A stretch of 64,000 nt of DNA from Paramecium tetraurelia (GCA_000165425.1 CT868219.1:252728-316727), one strand, 5' to 3'; numbered from the stretch's first letter, positions 1-14,243 are shown. Made by a program: numbers and translations. Notes: a model not told the origin generated them from the letters alone.

Positions 1-165
1 CATATGCTTCAGAGATGCTAAGAATTAAATTCCACAAAATACTTTAAAGCAAAAATATTTTATTTATTATGGATTGTTTATAAGGAGATATCAGGAAGCA
101 TTGCTTATAGCGTATGTGATTATTATGATCGTACTCTGGAAGTGCTAACTCCAAAAGAAAGTTGA
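1..165 (+). CDS. Possible 3' end of a gene entering from the left edge (hypothetical protein)
   Basis: Frame 1 is open under code 6 (HMLQRCQELNSTKYFKAKIFYLLWIVYKEISGSIAYSVCDYYDRTLEVLTPKES) to TGA at 163-165, followed by AT-rich sequence. Confidence 0.4.
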
Positions 166-542
166 ATCTATGTTAGAAGTAATAAAATCATTAATTATTT
201 AATCAAATTATATGAGCTTTTTCCCTCTTTAATTATTCAATCGTTGGTTAAATGAAAAATAACTTCAATTTATTCTTTCGAATTGGGTTTATTTATTGAG
301 GTTTTCATTTGTGTTGATAGCTTAAATTATAGACAATTGTATTTTTATTTTAATGAGAATATGTTTTTTATATTTATTTGAATATATTTAAATTCTTTAT
401 GTTTTATTATTCTTCTTTTGAAACTTATCACACTTAACAATCTTTTGTTTATTGTATAGTTTTTTAGTGTATAAATTGGTAGAATCTTGATTTTACATGT
501 AAGATTGAATCAATTTGTAAATATTTGTAGTGTTTTTAATAT

Positions 543-2080
543 TCAATATTAGATACAATAATTAAAAAAGGAGAGTATATAAATAACACTCTTATAAATA
601 AATACATACAACCTAAGGAGGATACAATCCATTAAGACCCACATAATAATCATAACCTTTGGATGATTCTACATAATCAGTTGGTAATTTTGGCTTAAAC
701 ATCTCTTTTGTATGTTGTATTTTGAGAGCCAACTTAACTTGAATAAATTCTGTAAACATCATCAAAGGTATTTTGCTCTTCTTAGAGAGTTTCAGTTACA
801 GACTTAAAGTGGGCCTCTGAAGAAGCTAAATCCTAAGAATAATGTAAGAGAATATACTTCATTAGCTAGATCAATAGAGTTTTGGATTTTCTTTAATCTG
901 TCTTTGCAAGCAGCAGTAGCTTAAAGGATGGTTATCAATTAATTTTGTAATTTTTCCTATAATTAAATATATTAAAAGTGTTACTAGATTAACATCTTCA
1001 GCTACTAAATGTCCTTTGAATGTTTCATTTTCCCTTTGAATCAATCCCTTGAAATCACTGTAACCCATAGCTGAATTAACTTGGTTATCTTGTTTCTTTC
1101 CAAATGAACCTCTTACTTAATCTTCTAAAATGTCCAAGAAATTTAGCAATTCTTATTAAGCAACTGTGAATTATGAATAATCTTTGCCAGATCCGGCTTC
1201 AGCAGGAGCCTTTTATCCCTTTTCAATAATTTTGTTGAATGCAGCAGCTTCTTTTGCTAATTATTCATTGGTAGCTTTTTCTTCAGCTTCTAATGGATGT
1301 TCAGGAACAGGGGCATCAGGTTCCTCATGAGCATCACCTAAACTTTGTTATTCTACTTCCTCTGTGGGAGCTTCTGCTTCAGTAGCTGATTCTTCAGTTG
1401 TTTCAACATCTGGAGCAGCATCTACTTAATTTTCAGAAACGGTTTCTGTGCTATCAACAGCTTCTGGTTCATCATATACATGAGGGGGCTCATTATCTTC
1501 GGATGTCACTTCTGGTTCTTCACCATCATCAGCCAAAAAGGATTTGAGTTAAATGAATTGAGCAGATTACAAAAGGGTTGGTAAATCAGTCTAGTTATTG
1601 CTTTATTAATTACTTCTTTTGCATTCTTTACAGCTCTTCTGAGGAAGGCAATCAAATTTAGAGTTTTCTTAGAATTTTTGATATCATTAATGAAATTAGC
1701 ATTGGATTCACATCTGTTGACATCTAATCTTGAGAGTCTTTCATTATTCTCTTTGATTCTTTTCTCTAACCAATTGATATAGCTGAGTGTAATTCTAATG
1801 TCTCTTTCTTTGTTTGCCCACTCTTGATCTCTTCTATTACATTCACCTCTTTATGTTGATGCAGATCTCATTAAATCATTTACGATGTCTTGTTTTTGCT
1901 GTTCAAATGTCATATATAATCAATTACATATCTGGTTGTTTCCCAATCGCTCTCCAATTATTATAATTGTTTGCTTGTCTCATTTTTTAAATCGCCTAGC
2001 ATCTTTAATACGACATCAATCTCATTTGATTGACAGTATGCTGCTGCCAGCAATAATGCCATTATAGCAAAAACCTTCAT
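543..2080 (-). CDS. Secreted coiled-coil protein resembling trichocyst matrix / granule lattice precursors
   Basis: Signal peptide MKVFAIMALLLAAAYC, helical heptads with spaced Cys (QRGECNRRD...RCESNANFI), acidic E/A/P-rich central linker and tiny introns; 3' end approximate. Confidence 0.55.
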
Positions 2081-2505
2081 TTATTTAATTATCACACAAA
2101 AACGGTATATACATTTACTTATAATTTATATAACCTTTAGAAAGTGACCAATTCGAGTGTTCTGAATCAATAAACCTAAAGTTTATCACTTTAATAACAT
2201 CATCAATCTTAGATAATGATTCATTTGAATAATGATTCTATTTGAGTCTATTGATAATTTTAATTTTTGAATAATTATTTCTTTTGAAGGATAAAAGTAA
2301 CTTAAAATATCTATTGGATCTTCTTTTAAGTAAGGATTTTTAAGAATAATAATAGATGGATTAAATTTGTAGATTGAGGTTAAAAATGTTTTATTTCTTT
2401 ATATAAAATTGTTGGAAGATGCAAAATTTAGCAATTAAAAAGTAGATAAATTAAATATATAATAAAAGATAGTTAACAATAATTGAAAAATGTATATATA
2501 TGTAA

Positions 2506-3096
2506 TCACTGTAAATTAAAAGTTAACTAGAATGATAATTCTTAGATTATACTTCATATTGGTATTTTAATGGTTTTTATTGGGATTAATCGAATTGTTC
2601 ATCAAAATGGTCGTAATTGGCATTGGCAACATCAATAATATTGTTCATCATGAGTGTGAAATCATCTTAGGTTTTATCAAGGGAAGAGAGACCAAATTAA
2701 AACGAAAGTAACCACTCTTCAAATACTTTTAGTTTAGGCTTAAAAAATTATAGGAGTGATTTCGGTTGTTCTTCCATAAATTTTAAAGAAATTTAAAGAG
2801 ATTAGCATTTAATCATGTTAGGATCATTATTGATATTATCAATTAATTTCTTGATGTCCTAGTCAACTTGAGGTTCCCCACATCTTAACTAAGGATAGTA
2901 AGAGAAATACTTAAGTAATTTTTGGTAAACGTTCACATCTCATGTGATTCAATTCTATAGGGCCGAGTGCCCGATGAAAAAATATAAAATTAAGTGCAGT
3001 GCAAATAACATCTTCTAAATAGGTCCTATCTAATAACTAATAATGAAATGATTAGCATACGAATTCGGGCAATTTAAATTGTGGATAATCTAACAT
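2506..3096 (-). CDS. ATG101: Autophagy protein ATG101 homologue (HORMA domain)
   Basis: After removing 3 short introns it reads MLDYPQFKLPEFLLDRTYLEDVICTALNFIFFHRALGPIEL...ITQLRCGEPQVDQDIKKLID...QISLKFME...KVFEEWLL...YQYELTFNLQ*, matching the ATG101 IxFHRALG, xxCGE and WExW motifs. Confidence 0.8.
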
Positions 3097-3121
3097 ATAT
3101 AAATATATTTCTATATAATTT

Positions 3122-4016
3122 TCAATGCCTAAACAACTTTATTAAGGAACAGGGAAACATGATATCGCTATCGAAATAGATTTGACCCAAATAAAACGCA
3201 TTGAAGTAAAAATTCATATGTGGTCTGTACCTGATCATCTAACACTCCCAAAGCACGTAACATAGAATTAAGAAATAAGCAAAGAACCAAGCAAAGACTT
3301 CCACCCAAGTATACACTGCATAAACTAGATTCACTAGAATTTCTTAGAGCATAAATATCAACAGAGCCCTAAAAATTAATAAGCAATCGCGTATTTACCT
3401 CCACCAATAATCCTTGGCTAAGAAGCATTGATCCTTGCTTCTCCTATCGATCTGAAAGCATAGAAATATAATGACAAAATCAAGTGAAATCATTATGTAC
3501 ACTATTTCTAAGTGTATAAATGTAAATCTAAATATAACAAATATGGATAACAATGTCCTTGAGACTGCATGGGCCATCTAAAAACTTGAATTATTATTCA
3601 TCTTTACGTATAACAAATAGTTGAATGGTGGAGATCCCCAATCGTGTTATTTGAATTGTATTTGTATTAGACAATACAGATAAATGAAAATGAACACAAG
3701 ATCGACTGGATATTTGATATAATTTGCTATAACATTCCCTAAATTCATCAGATAAAGAAGCAATAGAATCCAAAGGGAGAAAAGGTTTTGTAAGGCTAAC
3801 ATAATGATGTACGTCCCTTAGACGTTTTTGATCTTTATAATTAATCTTAAGCCATACTCTTTCCCAATCAGGTTCTGTTTCCTCGAAGAGTTACTTAATC
3901 TACTTCATCGTTACGGTCTCTCTCTTATTGAAATTCAATTCGTCTATCATTTGTGGAGACTGGGAAGGCTTCTATTCGATTATCTCTTCTTCTTAATCAT
4001 AACTCCTATTATCCAT
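3122..4016 (-). CDS. Multi-pass membrane protein, TMBIM/Bax-inhibitor-1-like
   Basis: Spliced product (3 introns) has an acidic N-tail, then about 6-7 hydrophobic segments with PPFNYLLY and YVLWECQMI...AFYLGQIYFDSDIMF resembling TMBIM TM motifs; TGA at 3122-3124. Confidence 0.55.
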
Positions 4017-4043
4017 TTAATTTTTATAATTTGAATTCAATAA

Positions 4044-6442
4044 ATGGAAGTCAAGAAAAAACCAGCTATAGATTTGTCAACATCTGAAAATCTGAGTGTG
4101 TTAGACCAGAATGAACCTCAGAATGGTATAGAAGTGATTTGTAGAATTCGTCCCAAATTTGTTGGTGAAAATTATGGTACTAATTGTGAGTTCAATATAG
4201 TAAACTATATGATTACGGATAAAAGACTAGACATCTACGAAACAAACAATGACAATGAAATCTCCAATTAAAAAACTTTTACATTCTCTTAAATCTATGA
4301 TTAGAATTCAACATAGAGAAACTTGCATCAAGAATATGTTATTCCAATGATTAAAGACATTTTTGAAAAATGTACAAATTAAACCTTACCTATTAGAGAA
4401 AGGAGTACTTGTTTTTACTTATGGAGTTACAAATTCTGGTAAAACTTATACTATAATTGGTACATAAGAAGCACCTGGCATTTTACCGCTCACATTACAA
4501 ACTCTAGATAAAATAAAAACCGCGTTTCTATTAAATAAAACTACCATTGAAATTGATGGATAAGTCATAAAAATAGGGGAATCTCCTTATGATGACTATG
4601 TCTTGAAGGAAATGAATTACACATTTTAATCATTGGAAATCTACAATGAAGAAATTTATGACTTATTAGCTAGCAATAAGACTAAACTGCAATTAAAAGA
4701 AATCTATGATAAAAAGTGCTATGTGAAAGATGCTGTTGAAAAGGAAATTACTAATAACTAAGAATTTAAAGAATTGCTCAATAAAGCCTTAACAAATAGA
4801 TAGATGGGTGAAACAACATTAAATAATCAATCAAGTAGATCACACACTGTCTTTAAAATACAAATCTCATTTCTCTATTAATAGGAACAATTTACAATTT
4901 AAAAGAAGCAAACAATATGTATAGTTGACTTGGCTGGGTCAGAAAGAGCAAAAAAGGCTGAAACTTAAGGCTCGTAACTAACAGAAGCATGCAATATAAA
5001 TAAATCCTTGCTAGTTCTAGGAAAGTGTCTAAAATAAATGAGATGCCAAAATGAATCAGATTAAAATAGTCGTATTCCATTTCGAGAGTGTAAACTAACT
5101 AGATTACTGTGTGAATACTTTACAGAAGAAAACAAAATCTTAATGATTGTTAATGTTCGATTAACTGGTGATGATATTGAAGAAACACTTAAAGTTTTAC
5201 ATTATGGAGCTTTAAGTGTAAATGTAAATCTACTTAAATCTAAAATCTATGATTCCACCATCTCTTACAATCAAAGACTATAAGTTAATTAGTTATAACA
5301 AGTGAATAATGATTCAAAATAAAAGAAAATACCCAAGAGAAATGCTAAAGAAATAATCAGAAGGGCAAAGATGCTTGTTCAAAATACAACTCAACACATG
5401 TTATTTTAATAAACTATTCAAGATTCATTTGTAAAAGATCTAATCTCAACTGTTAAATAATAACAAGCAAGATTGAAATAATTTAGTGGATTAGAAGATG
5501 AATTTTTTTATCCTCCAATTTTTTAGAGTGACTAACGATTATAAAAATCCTTAGATAAAATATAGTCTGATAAATCACGACAAGCATCTTTAGATCTTTT
5601 AGAGAATAGAGAATTAGGCCAACAACCAGTTGTCAGTACTTTCTCAGAAGAAATTCCAATTAGAAAATCATATATATTTGAAGAACCAGTTGTCTAGAAT
5701 AAAGATGCCATTGTTGATGAAAGACCTTAAGTAGTAAATAAATCACGGTCATCAGGAATATAAGAAGAGAAACAAAATATTAATTCTATTATAGAATAGC
5801 ACTTCAATTGTTATGATGAACATGATGACTTAATGGCTGGATTTAGACAACTTGATTTAGAACAAATTGATGAATAAACTGATGATAGTAAATAATAATC
5901 GAAATGTCACTAGATCAAACAGAATCACAATCAAGAAAATGACATTAATATTTCTAATCAATGTTTTAATTAATTTAAATAAGAGGATTTACTTAAACAT
6001 TCGAATTAAAAATTGGACAAAAATCATTTTGATTAAGCAACCAATACAACTCCTTATGATGAACTGAAAAAGAAGCTTTTTGGCTAACTTTTTGAATAAG
6101 AATTATAAAAACAGTATCTATATATTTAATTTATGTAGTTAAGAGGAGAAGGATAAATTTAAGTAAGAAGTAATGAAGAAGTTATTTAACGATGACGATT
6201 TGTAAAATTTAATTGAAAAGGAAAATCAAGAGGAATTAATTAATTTAGAAGATTCTGCCAAAAAATAATAATAGAGAAACCTTGAAAAATTGATTTCAAG
6301 TAATCACAAAAGTGATCTAAAAGTCATTAATGAATCAGATTAAGAACACGACTCTTCAGGTGATAAAAAACATCATTAAACTAAAAATCACCCTAAAAAG
6401 AAAAAATAAACTAAAAAAAAAGGCAAATCAAAAAAAAGATGA
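4044..6442 (+). CDS. Kinesin motor protein, kinesin-6 (KIF20/KIF23)-like
   Basis: VICRIRP, P-loop FTYGVTNSGKTYT, LEIYNEEIYDLL, switch I NQSSRSH, DLAGSER and IPFRECKLTRLL; introns near 4373 and 6114. Confidence 0.9.
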
Positions 6443-6517
6443 TAATTTTTATATATCTAAAGTTTGTTTTAAACTTTATTTTATTTATCTACTCAATTAA
6501 TAAATCAATAGTGTTCT

Positions 6518-7797
6518 TCAGTGTAAAATAAATTCCTTTGAACTTGATGCACTGAGTAATTTGTTCTAAATTTATAAATTTTAATACATTTGATAAATAT
6601 TGATAATCTAATAAACTAGAGTAAAGACCTGCTGTATAAATAGTTGATTAATTAATTTTCTTATAAATTTTCGATAATTCCTATTTCGATTTTAAATTTG
6701 TTATTGATGACTTTATGCTTGGTCCACCCTAGCTTTATTATAAACATTACATCAATTTCATCCGATTATATAGTTCTGTGAATTGTTGAGTCTTAATTTT
6801 TCGGATCATTAATCAAATTTAATAATTTGATATTGCTACCAATATTACTTTCATTTTAAGTGTTAGAGTTTTCTATTGGTGTTTGTGTAGGATTATTTAA
6901 GTTGAAATCCTAGGAATCATTTATATATTTTTTCTTTGGAGACATCAATTATCTCTAAACTTCAGTCAAATTTCGGACTTACGATTATAAACCCAAAATT
7001 AATTAGTTCTTTTCAGCCACTTAATTTTAGTAGGAAATTATCTAAGTCTGATAATCGGAGATATTGTGTTTTGTGTTTGAAAAGCTATTAGTTTTGATTC
7101 TTGAGTTTTGGGATATTATTGATCCACTTAAATTGCAATCATTTTATTAGTTACCCTCTCTTCTACTTGATAGACCTTATATCTAAGACAGAGAGTTACT
7201 AAAGTTTTAATTCATTTCGAATTTCTCTTTTAACTAATTATTCTCCTCAGATAGTTTATTTAAAGTTTAATTTAACTTAAATTAAAAATTGGTCGTACCT
7301 TTTGCATTTAAATTTTCAATTAAGCTATCTCCTTCATATATTGTGCATTATTTTCAACAGTTTGCTTAAATTCGATTTCTTTTAATGATATTCGATTTTT
7401 AAAATTGGTGAGCTCATTCTATAATTATTTATTTTCTTATTCCGATTTATTGTAGAGTACCTGGAGATCAATGTTATTTTATAATAACTATTAGTTGATT
7501 CTCTAAAGCTGAGCTTAATTGATGTCAGAATAGTGAAGTGCAGATTCCAAATTAGATTTATATAAGTTAAGTGATTAACGATGGTTCATTATGATTTCTG
7601 AACGATATATTTAATCTGAATCATCGATATTATTAGAAGAAGGAAACTTTTAAACTTAAATATTTTGGGATGAAGTCTAGGTAGTCCTATAATATGAAGA
7701 ATATAGGGGAGTACCTAATCGATTTAGGCATAATAAAGCAGTTATTAGGGTGGATGATCTCAGTTGGAAGTTTATTATGAGACTTTCTCTTTTACAT
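6518..7797 (-). CDS. Hypothetical coiled-coil protein
   Basis: Open under code 6 after removing short GT-AG introns; Q/E/K heptads and an S/T-rich C-terminal half. Confidence 0.6.
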
Positions 7798-7837
7798 GAT
7801 AATTGATTGATTTTTATAAAAAAAACTATAAAATTAA

Positions 7838-9411
7838 TCAAACTAATAGATGATCAAATTATTTATTATTTTAAATAAAAGTTCTTACTTCATGTAATTC
7901 ATGAAATTGTTATTTCTTTAATAGAGATTTCGCTAATTCCATTTAATTTTTATATAAGAAAAATGAAAACTCCTTATGCTTATTCTTAACAGATTTTTAC
8001 GCCCATTTATCAAACTCACTTAGCGAATCATCTATGTCATAATTCTAAAATTTTGTAACATAATTATTTCTGAGCGTTGGTTCTCCAGGGAATGTGAGGA
8101 TCAGATGCATCAACAGTACACCTAAAGCATACAAGCATTGTTATTTGTAATCAATATAATCTTTTGTCTAGATCTTTTGCAAATCTTGATAACAAGAATA
8201 TGAATGATTCAAATCTGCTAACATAACCTTTGTTACATGAATCGATTACCTATATGTCTCCAGTAATACTTTTAGTCACCATAATGCTTTCAGGTTTCAA
8301 GTCTCCATGGACTATCTGCTTTTTTTACAAGTACTCCAAACCACTTATTATCTAACATAGAATTTCATTGATTAGTTTGCTCTTCTATTCTTAAGGCATG
8401 GGGTTCATATAAAAATAGGAATAACTCAATAGATTTTTAGATTGTGAAATGTATCCAGGATAAATACAGTATTCTTACTGAGTATACAAAAATAATTAGT
8501 AGTTTTTTATTTCCAACCACCATTCATAAAGTCTGATTATGTTTGGATGTGAAACATGTTGAAGAGTACGTGCTTCTTAAATTTTGTAGTAATCTTAAGT
8601 TGAACTTTTTGTGTTAAATATATCTTGAAATGCAACATCCAAAGGTATATTTAACAATTAAATCTATAATTAGGTTGTTTTTTACTCTTTTAACAAAATA
8701 AATTTAATCATCCATAGGCTTATACACATGATATGTTGTGGTTTATTTCTATTGATCTATTTCCTCATTCAATGCGATGAACTCATTTTTGAATTTATTA
8801 ATTCGCAAAAATTAATTTTTAAACTCTTACTAAATTTGTTTTTCTTTCTAAATGTTGATATCAAAAAAATATAGCGTTAGCCGCACTTATTAGTCTTTTT
8901 GTTCAATTGACATTTTCTTGTTCATAAATTCATTACATATGTTTTTATTGACAAAAATGAAAGCTGTCGATTTGATTTGCTGCGTAGACGTTATAAATCC
9001 TATATTTATATCCTAATAATAGATTCTGAAGAGAGAAGATTATTAAATCTACTCTTACAAATATTATCATACTTTAAATTCCTATTTAGATGAAAACTAA
9101 TTAGTCTCTTGAGTAAGTCTTTTTTTGATTGCCTTCTTTATAGCCTTGACAACCATTGTTATATGTCTAAAAAAGGGATCATCATTAGAAAAGTTGATTG
9201 TAATTAATGAAATAACAAGTAGTTGTTAGAAATTATAATAATCTTCTGAATTTAAAAAATCATTCTTCTATTTTAAATTTTCTTCCTTTTTGTGTATAGA
9301 AAATACAATTACAAGTGTATGCATGATTTTATTTTTATCTGCATTCGGAATTTCAAGTTTTTCATTTTATGTTTCAACACAGACCTCCTCGATGTAAAAT
9401 TTACTATCCAT
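7838..9411 (-). CDS. Protein kinase-like protein (eIF2-alpha kinase-like, degenerate)
   Basis: EARTLQHVSHPNIIRLYEWWLE, LYTQQEYC, QIISGLEYL..IVHGDLKPES, ADL at the DFG position, YALGVLLMHL. Confidence 0.7.
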
Positions 9412-9849
9412 TATTTTATTAAATTACTACATAACAATTTCTCTATTACTTCTTCATTATTATACTATTGCATTTTATTTTATTAATAATATTTAATAAA
9501 AAATGAACATACTCCTCAATTTCAAATACCATTAATAATCCGTTCATAATTTGATTATACACAGTTTAATTAATTAAAACTCAAACCCATTCATTTAAAG
9601 CTTCAGCTATGCAATCAAATTAGTTCATCACAATCTGAATCAAATTTTTAAATAATTCAATTAATGAATAGGCCAACAAATCATTAATCATCACTTACTT
9701 TAGAAAGATGAGTCAATAATGATTATGAATCCTAGTTGATTTATTCATCGTGTGTAAATTGAGGTTAAGAATATAGCTTTATTTTTGAATATATAAATAA
9801 TTAAAGTTAGTTTCTACATAATTATAATAATATATTAAAATTGATACTC

Positions 9850-12800
9850 TCACAAAATATAAGATTTGTACAAAATCTTACTCTTTTTGAAGAAGGGATG
9901 TTACTCCAATACAAACTGAACTGTTTTTACATTTATTTCCTTTTGAGTTAATAATGGATTATCATTATCCATATTATTTAATCTAAATATCATTTTACTA
10001 TAATACCTAGTCTTTATGTAATTTTTTCCAGTCAACAATTGTCTTTCGAAATTTCTTTGGACATCCTGAAGTTTTTAGTCTAATTGATCATCTTCCACAA
10101 TATCAACAACTTATTGTTATTAACCCTTATATTTATCTGATTCCTCATCAGAATCCATCATATTTTCATTACTCTCTCTTTTACAAAGGAAGTCTTAAAC
10201 TGAATTCCATAATTCTGCCCCTCTTTTGATTCTCTTTTTAAGAACCTCCTCTAATTCAGGATGTTCTTCTTTCCACTTACTTTTTCTTATTTTGTTCTTC
10301 AACTTATCCTCTTAAAGAGGTTCTATTTCTATTAAGAAATTCCTGAATTCTATTTGTCTTTGGGTTGGTGTATAATCACATAGTTCGTAATATAATTAAT
10401 TCTTATTCTCGTTGCTCGTAAGTAATGAGATGTCAAGATATGAATTTTTTTGGGGTCCAAATCTTCCTTACAATTCTAAATTTTGTCTATATTTTAACAT
10501 TTAAGCATCATTTTATGAAATAGTTTTATTTTAAAATACTTTTAATTCATACCCTGGTTTCTATGCTAAAGCTACCTAAAATACTTTTCCTAAAAGTTAT
10601 TTCATATATAAACTAAATTATTCATTAATAAATGTCAAAACCTAGTCTTCTACCAAAAACTCTTTATATTTTGTATCTCTTCTTAATGAAGTTAACTTCT
10701 TCTATATCACTAGCATCTATAGTATGGACTATTTATTTTCAGTAGGTGGTAAAATAGGTTTTTTAGGATTATTTTCAATATCATCTTTGTATTTGGAGTA
10801 GTGTTTCTTTATCAGGTCTTTAATAACAGCATCTGGAAATGTATTCATATCCTTTTATATTTTTTCATTGATTTAAGCACATGTAGGAAAAGTAAGTATT
10901 TATCTAAAATAGTCTTCAATTTTTTTTTTAATTGTATTATCATTAATCTATCTTAATTCCATGTTTGCAACTTGCACCCAAAAAGTCTTAACATAAGAAT
11001 ACTGTTCTATTTCATTTTGAGGTAATTTATTTTATTTCTTAAATTCGATAATCTCATTGAGAATATACTATCTACTAGCATATTTTTGAAATACATCTAT
11101 ACATTTATTTTAAAAATTTTAGTCATTAGTTTACTGCACTTCTTTTATTAATTAAGCTTTGTAATTTTTTAATTCATAATATACTGCCAAAATATCTTAT
11201 TATGTAGTTTCAAAGTAGGTTTTATCACTCATTAAATTTGAAATTTTCTTGAAAAATTCACCTTTTAATTGTTCTTCACTTTTAATAACATTCTTTTAGT
11301 CTTAAGAAAAAAACTTAGTTGTAAAAAAACAAATGGCATTATAAGAAGTAGAATTATAATCAGTGATGCTTTTCATTTAACTAAAAAGGGGAAAGGGTTC
11401 TGCTATTGGTTTACAATCTGTACCATATTAAGGCAATGTGATATAAAAATTATAGATATTCTTTGCTATTTGAAATTGCTATTCAAAAGTAAATAATTCT
11501 TTTTACAGACTCATATAATCCAAAAATTTATTTATTTCATTTTAATCTTTATCCTTGAATGCCACAGCTGCAATTCTTACTCTTTCAACTTTCTCAAAAT
11601 ACTATAACTTTTACCATCTGAAAAATGCCAACCCTTTATATAGAGCTGGCAAAAAAGTAATAAAAGGATTATCCTTAAAAAATGTTTCTATATATACTGA
11701 TAACAGTTCTTTTTAAACATCATTTTATTATTATTAATTTAGCTTTTCTGCTTCTTTTTAAATATATTGTTCACAAATCTAACTAATTTTATCTTCCCTT
11801 TAAAATATTTCTTAATATTGACCTAATTCTTTTTTCAAAAAATCGGATTTCAATTTTGAAACATTAAATATATACTGTTTGAAAACCTAAGAAGCTAATT
11901 ATTTATTTGACCTTTCATTAATTAAGTTTTTTAATTTTTGCTAATATAAAAATGGATAAACTTTGAAAAATTGCATTTTTGAATCCTTTTCATCCTTTTC
12001 TCCTTCTAGAAGGGTATCAGAAAGTTTCTCAAAAACTTTTCCAAAGTTTTTTAAATATTGACTGCTGTCATGTATTAAGTGGACTTCACAAGCTTTCAAC
12101 TCATTTATCAATCTTATTTTTTAAGCAATTTGCAAATTAACTTGAAGCATAACTTTAATTAATTTATTATTGATGTAAGGAAGGAGAGACTCCAAAAGTG
12201 ATACAGAATTGTAACCCAAATTATGTTCATTTTTATTAAAATACTCAGATACTATTTAGGTATTTGCTTTTTCATTTAATTATGCTAAAATCTAATCAAA
12301 TGTCTTATTTAGATTGACTTTTGATGTATTTTGCATCATATTGTAGGCTATGTCTAAAATCTATTCCAATTCTTCTTATTCCAATCTAGCTTCGACAATC
12401 AATGCACAAAATAAATAAAGGTAGTTCCATCTAAATTTAAGGAAAGATAGGATTAATTGTTACACATTTTAGATTAATTTAAAAACAAGATTTGACTCTT
12501 CAATTGTAGTAGCTCTTTGTAATTCTGTGTATAAACTAAAGTAAATGTCATTCCACTTTTCAGATTATGATAAATTGAATTTTCTTGGAACTTCAAAAGA
12601 ATTGATTTCTTATTTTATAAATTCAATCAATCGTTTTTTAAATGAAAAGCATTATCCTTTCAAATTTCGAACACGTTTTGACTTTAAACTTTTATAAAAG
12701 TATTTGACAGATGGAATATCAATAAAAGAATAATAATCCTTCTGAGAATCCATAATATCTTTTTCAAGCTCATGTAATTGTTTTTACAAATCTGATTTAT

Positions 12801-13658
12801 TCTCCTTGATCTTTTTTGCTGAATTCACAAAATAATAAGAATTTAAATAAAAGTTTAATTTGTCTACAAATATGTATCCTAATATTTTTTCTATACCTTT
12901 ATTCTACTTTTCTTATATGAGGTGATCTTTAAAGGCTTAAATATTTGAAAAATTTAAGCTTTTAAATTTATCCTACAGATCTGGAGGAAGATTTTGCAAG
13001 AATTTTTCTTATAAGCTATTTGTCTATTTAGGAGCTTTACTTTAATCGTCAGAAACAATTTATGTAAATAATTCCTATTCCTGCTAATTGAAACTATCAA
13101 ATACAGCCATTTCAAATTCTTAACAAGTGATACCAGTGAAGGTTTAATAGGATTAATCAATTTTTGTTAAGATGTTCTTTGACAATACCTAATTTACACA
13201 ACTAGGAGACTGCAAGTAATCCCATGCAATCTTTTTGTAATAAATATAATTCATATGCTTGAATGCATCATCGGGACCTTTTAAAAAGGCTTTTTCATAA
13301 AAATGAGCTATCAATTATTAATGTGTATACCCAAGACTTCATTATATTTCTGGTTTATATAATGACTTAAATCTGAATTTTATATAGGTTTATTCTTGAA
13401 TTTTGATTTATTTAAAATGGTGTTCAATATTTTGGTTGCTTTCTGGAGAGCATCTTTTTGTATATATGAATTAACGAGTACTTTGAATAACTCTTGTAAA
13501 AAAAAGGACAATCTCGGATCTTTTATTAATGAGACTTTACTTTGATTTTATTATACAATTTGTTTGCAGGCTTGTTATAATAATTAGTCGGTAGATAATT
13601 CCTTTTCTATGGTCTAAAGCTATATAATCTCTTCATTGTTTTGAGGATCCTAAAGCAT
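9850..13658 (-). CDS. Large (~1200 aa) hypothetical, predicted alpha-helical protein
   Basis: Long code-6 open frame MLQDPQNNEEIIQLQTIE... with short introns near the 5' end; no motif recognised and not translated end to end. Confidence 0.65.
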
Positions 13659-13743
13659 TTCTATTTATTAAAATATGTGAAATTAAGTAATAATTATATA
13701 CTATATTTTGAATAAAACAAAACAATAAAAAAGTCACATAATT

Positions 13744-14243
13744 TCAATCAATTTTAACTTTCTTTACCTTAACATCTTGATCAGAAGCATTCTCTAGTTT
13801 TTCTAGCTTTTCTAATTTTTCTTATTTTTCATATTTCTCTTGTTTCTCCTACTTCTCTAAGAAGTCTTATTTATCTTTTTTTTCTTTTGAGTCCTCTTCT
13901 GTTTAATCATACCAAACATGATTGAATTGAAAATAGTAGTTGATGTCTAATTTATTGAGTTCATTAATGTCCTAACACCAAATGAGATTGCCAAAAAAAA
14001 AGTTAACAATTTCTTTTCCAATTGTACTTTATTTCAATGAGGTTAAATTGAGCACTTTATAATCATATTGAGAAGTATCTAAAAATTCCTTGACTTTTGG
14101 ATCGTCTTATAAAAAGGATTGATCTTTAAATTGTTTTTCTATAATAATTATATTACATTACTAATGAATCTCTTTAGTTTTCCACACATAGTTTTGGTTA
14201 GATTTTTAGTAATACCTGGATATATATATAAGTCTTGATCCAT
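13744..14243 (-). CDS. Small hypothetical protein with an EK-repeat C-terminal tail
   Basis: MDQDLYIYPGITKNLTKTMCGKLKRF, one ~20 nt intron, then EKQEKQEKYEKQEKLEKLEKLE...VKKVKID*. Confidence 0.7.

Noticed and set aside
2554..4016. A single long gene across this interval
   Set aside because: Closer splicing analysis resolves two genes (TMBIM-like and ATG101) separated by TGA at 3122-3124
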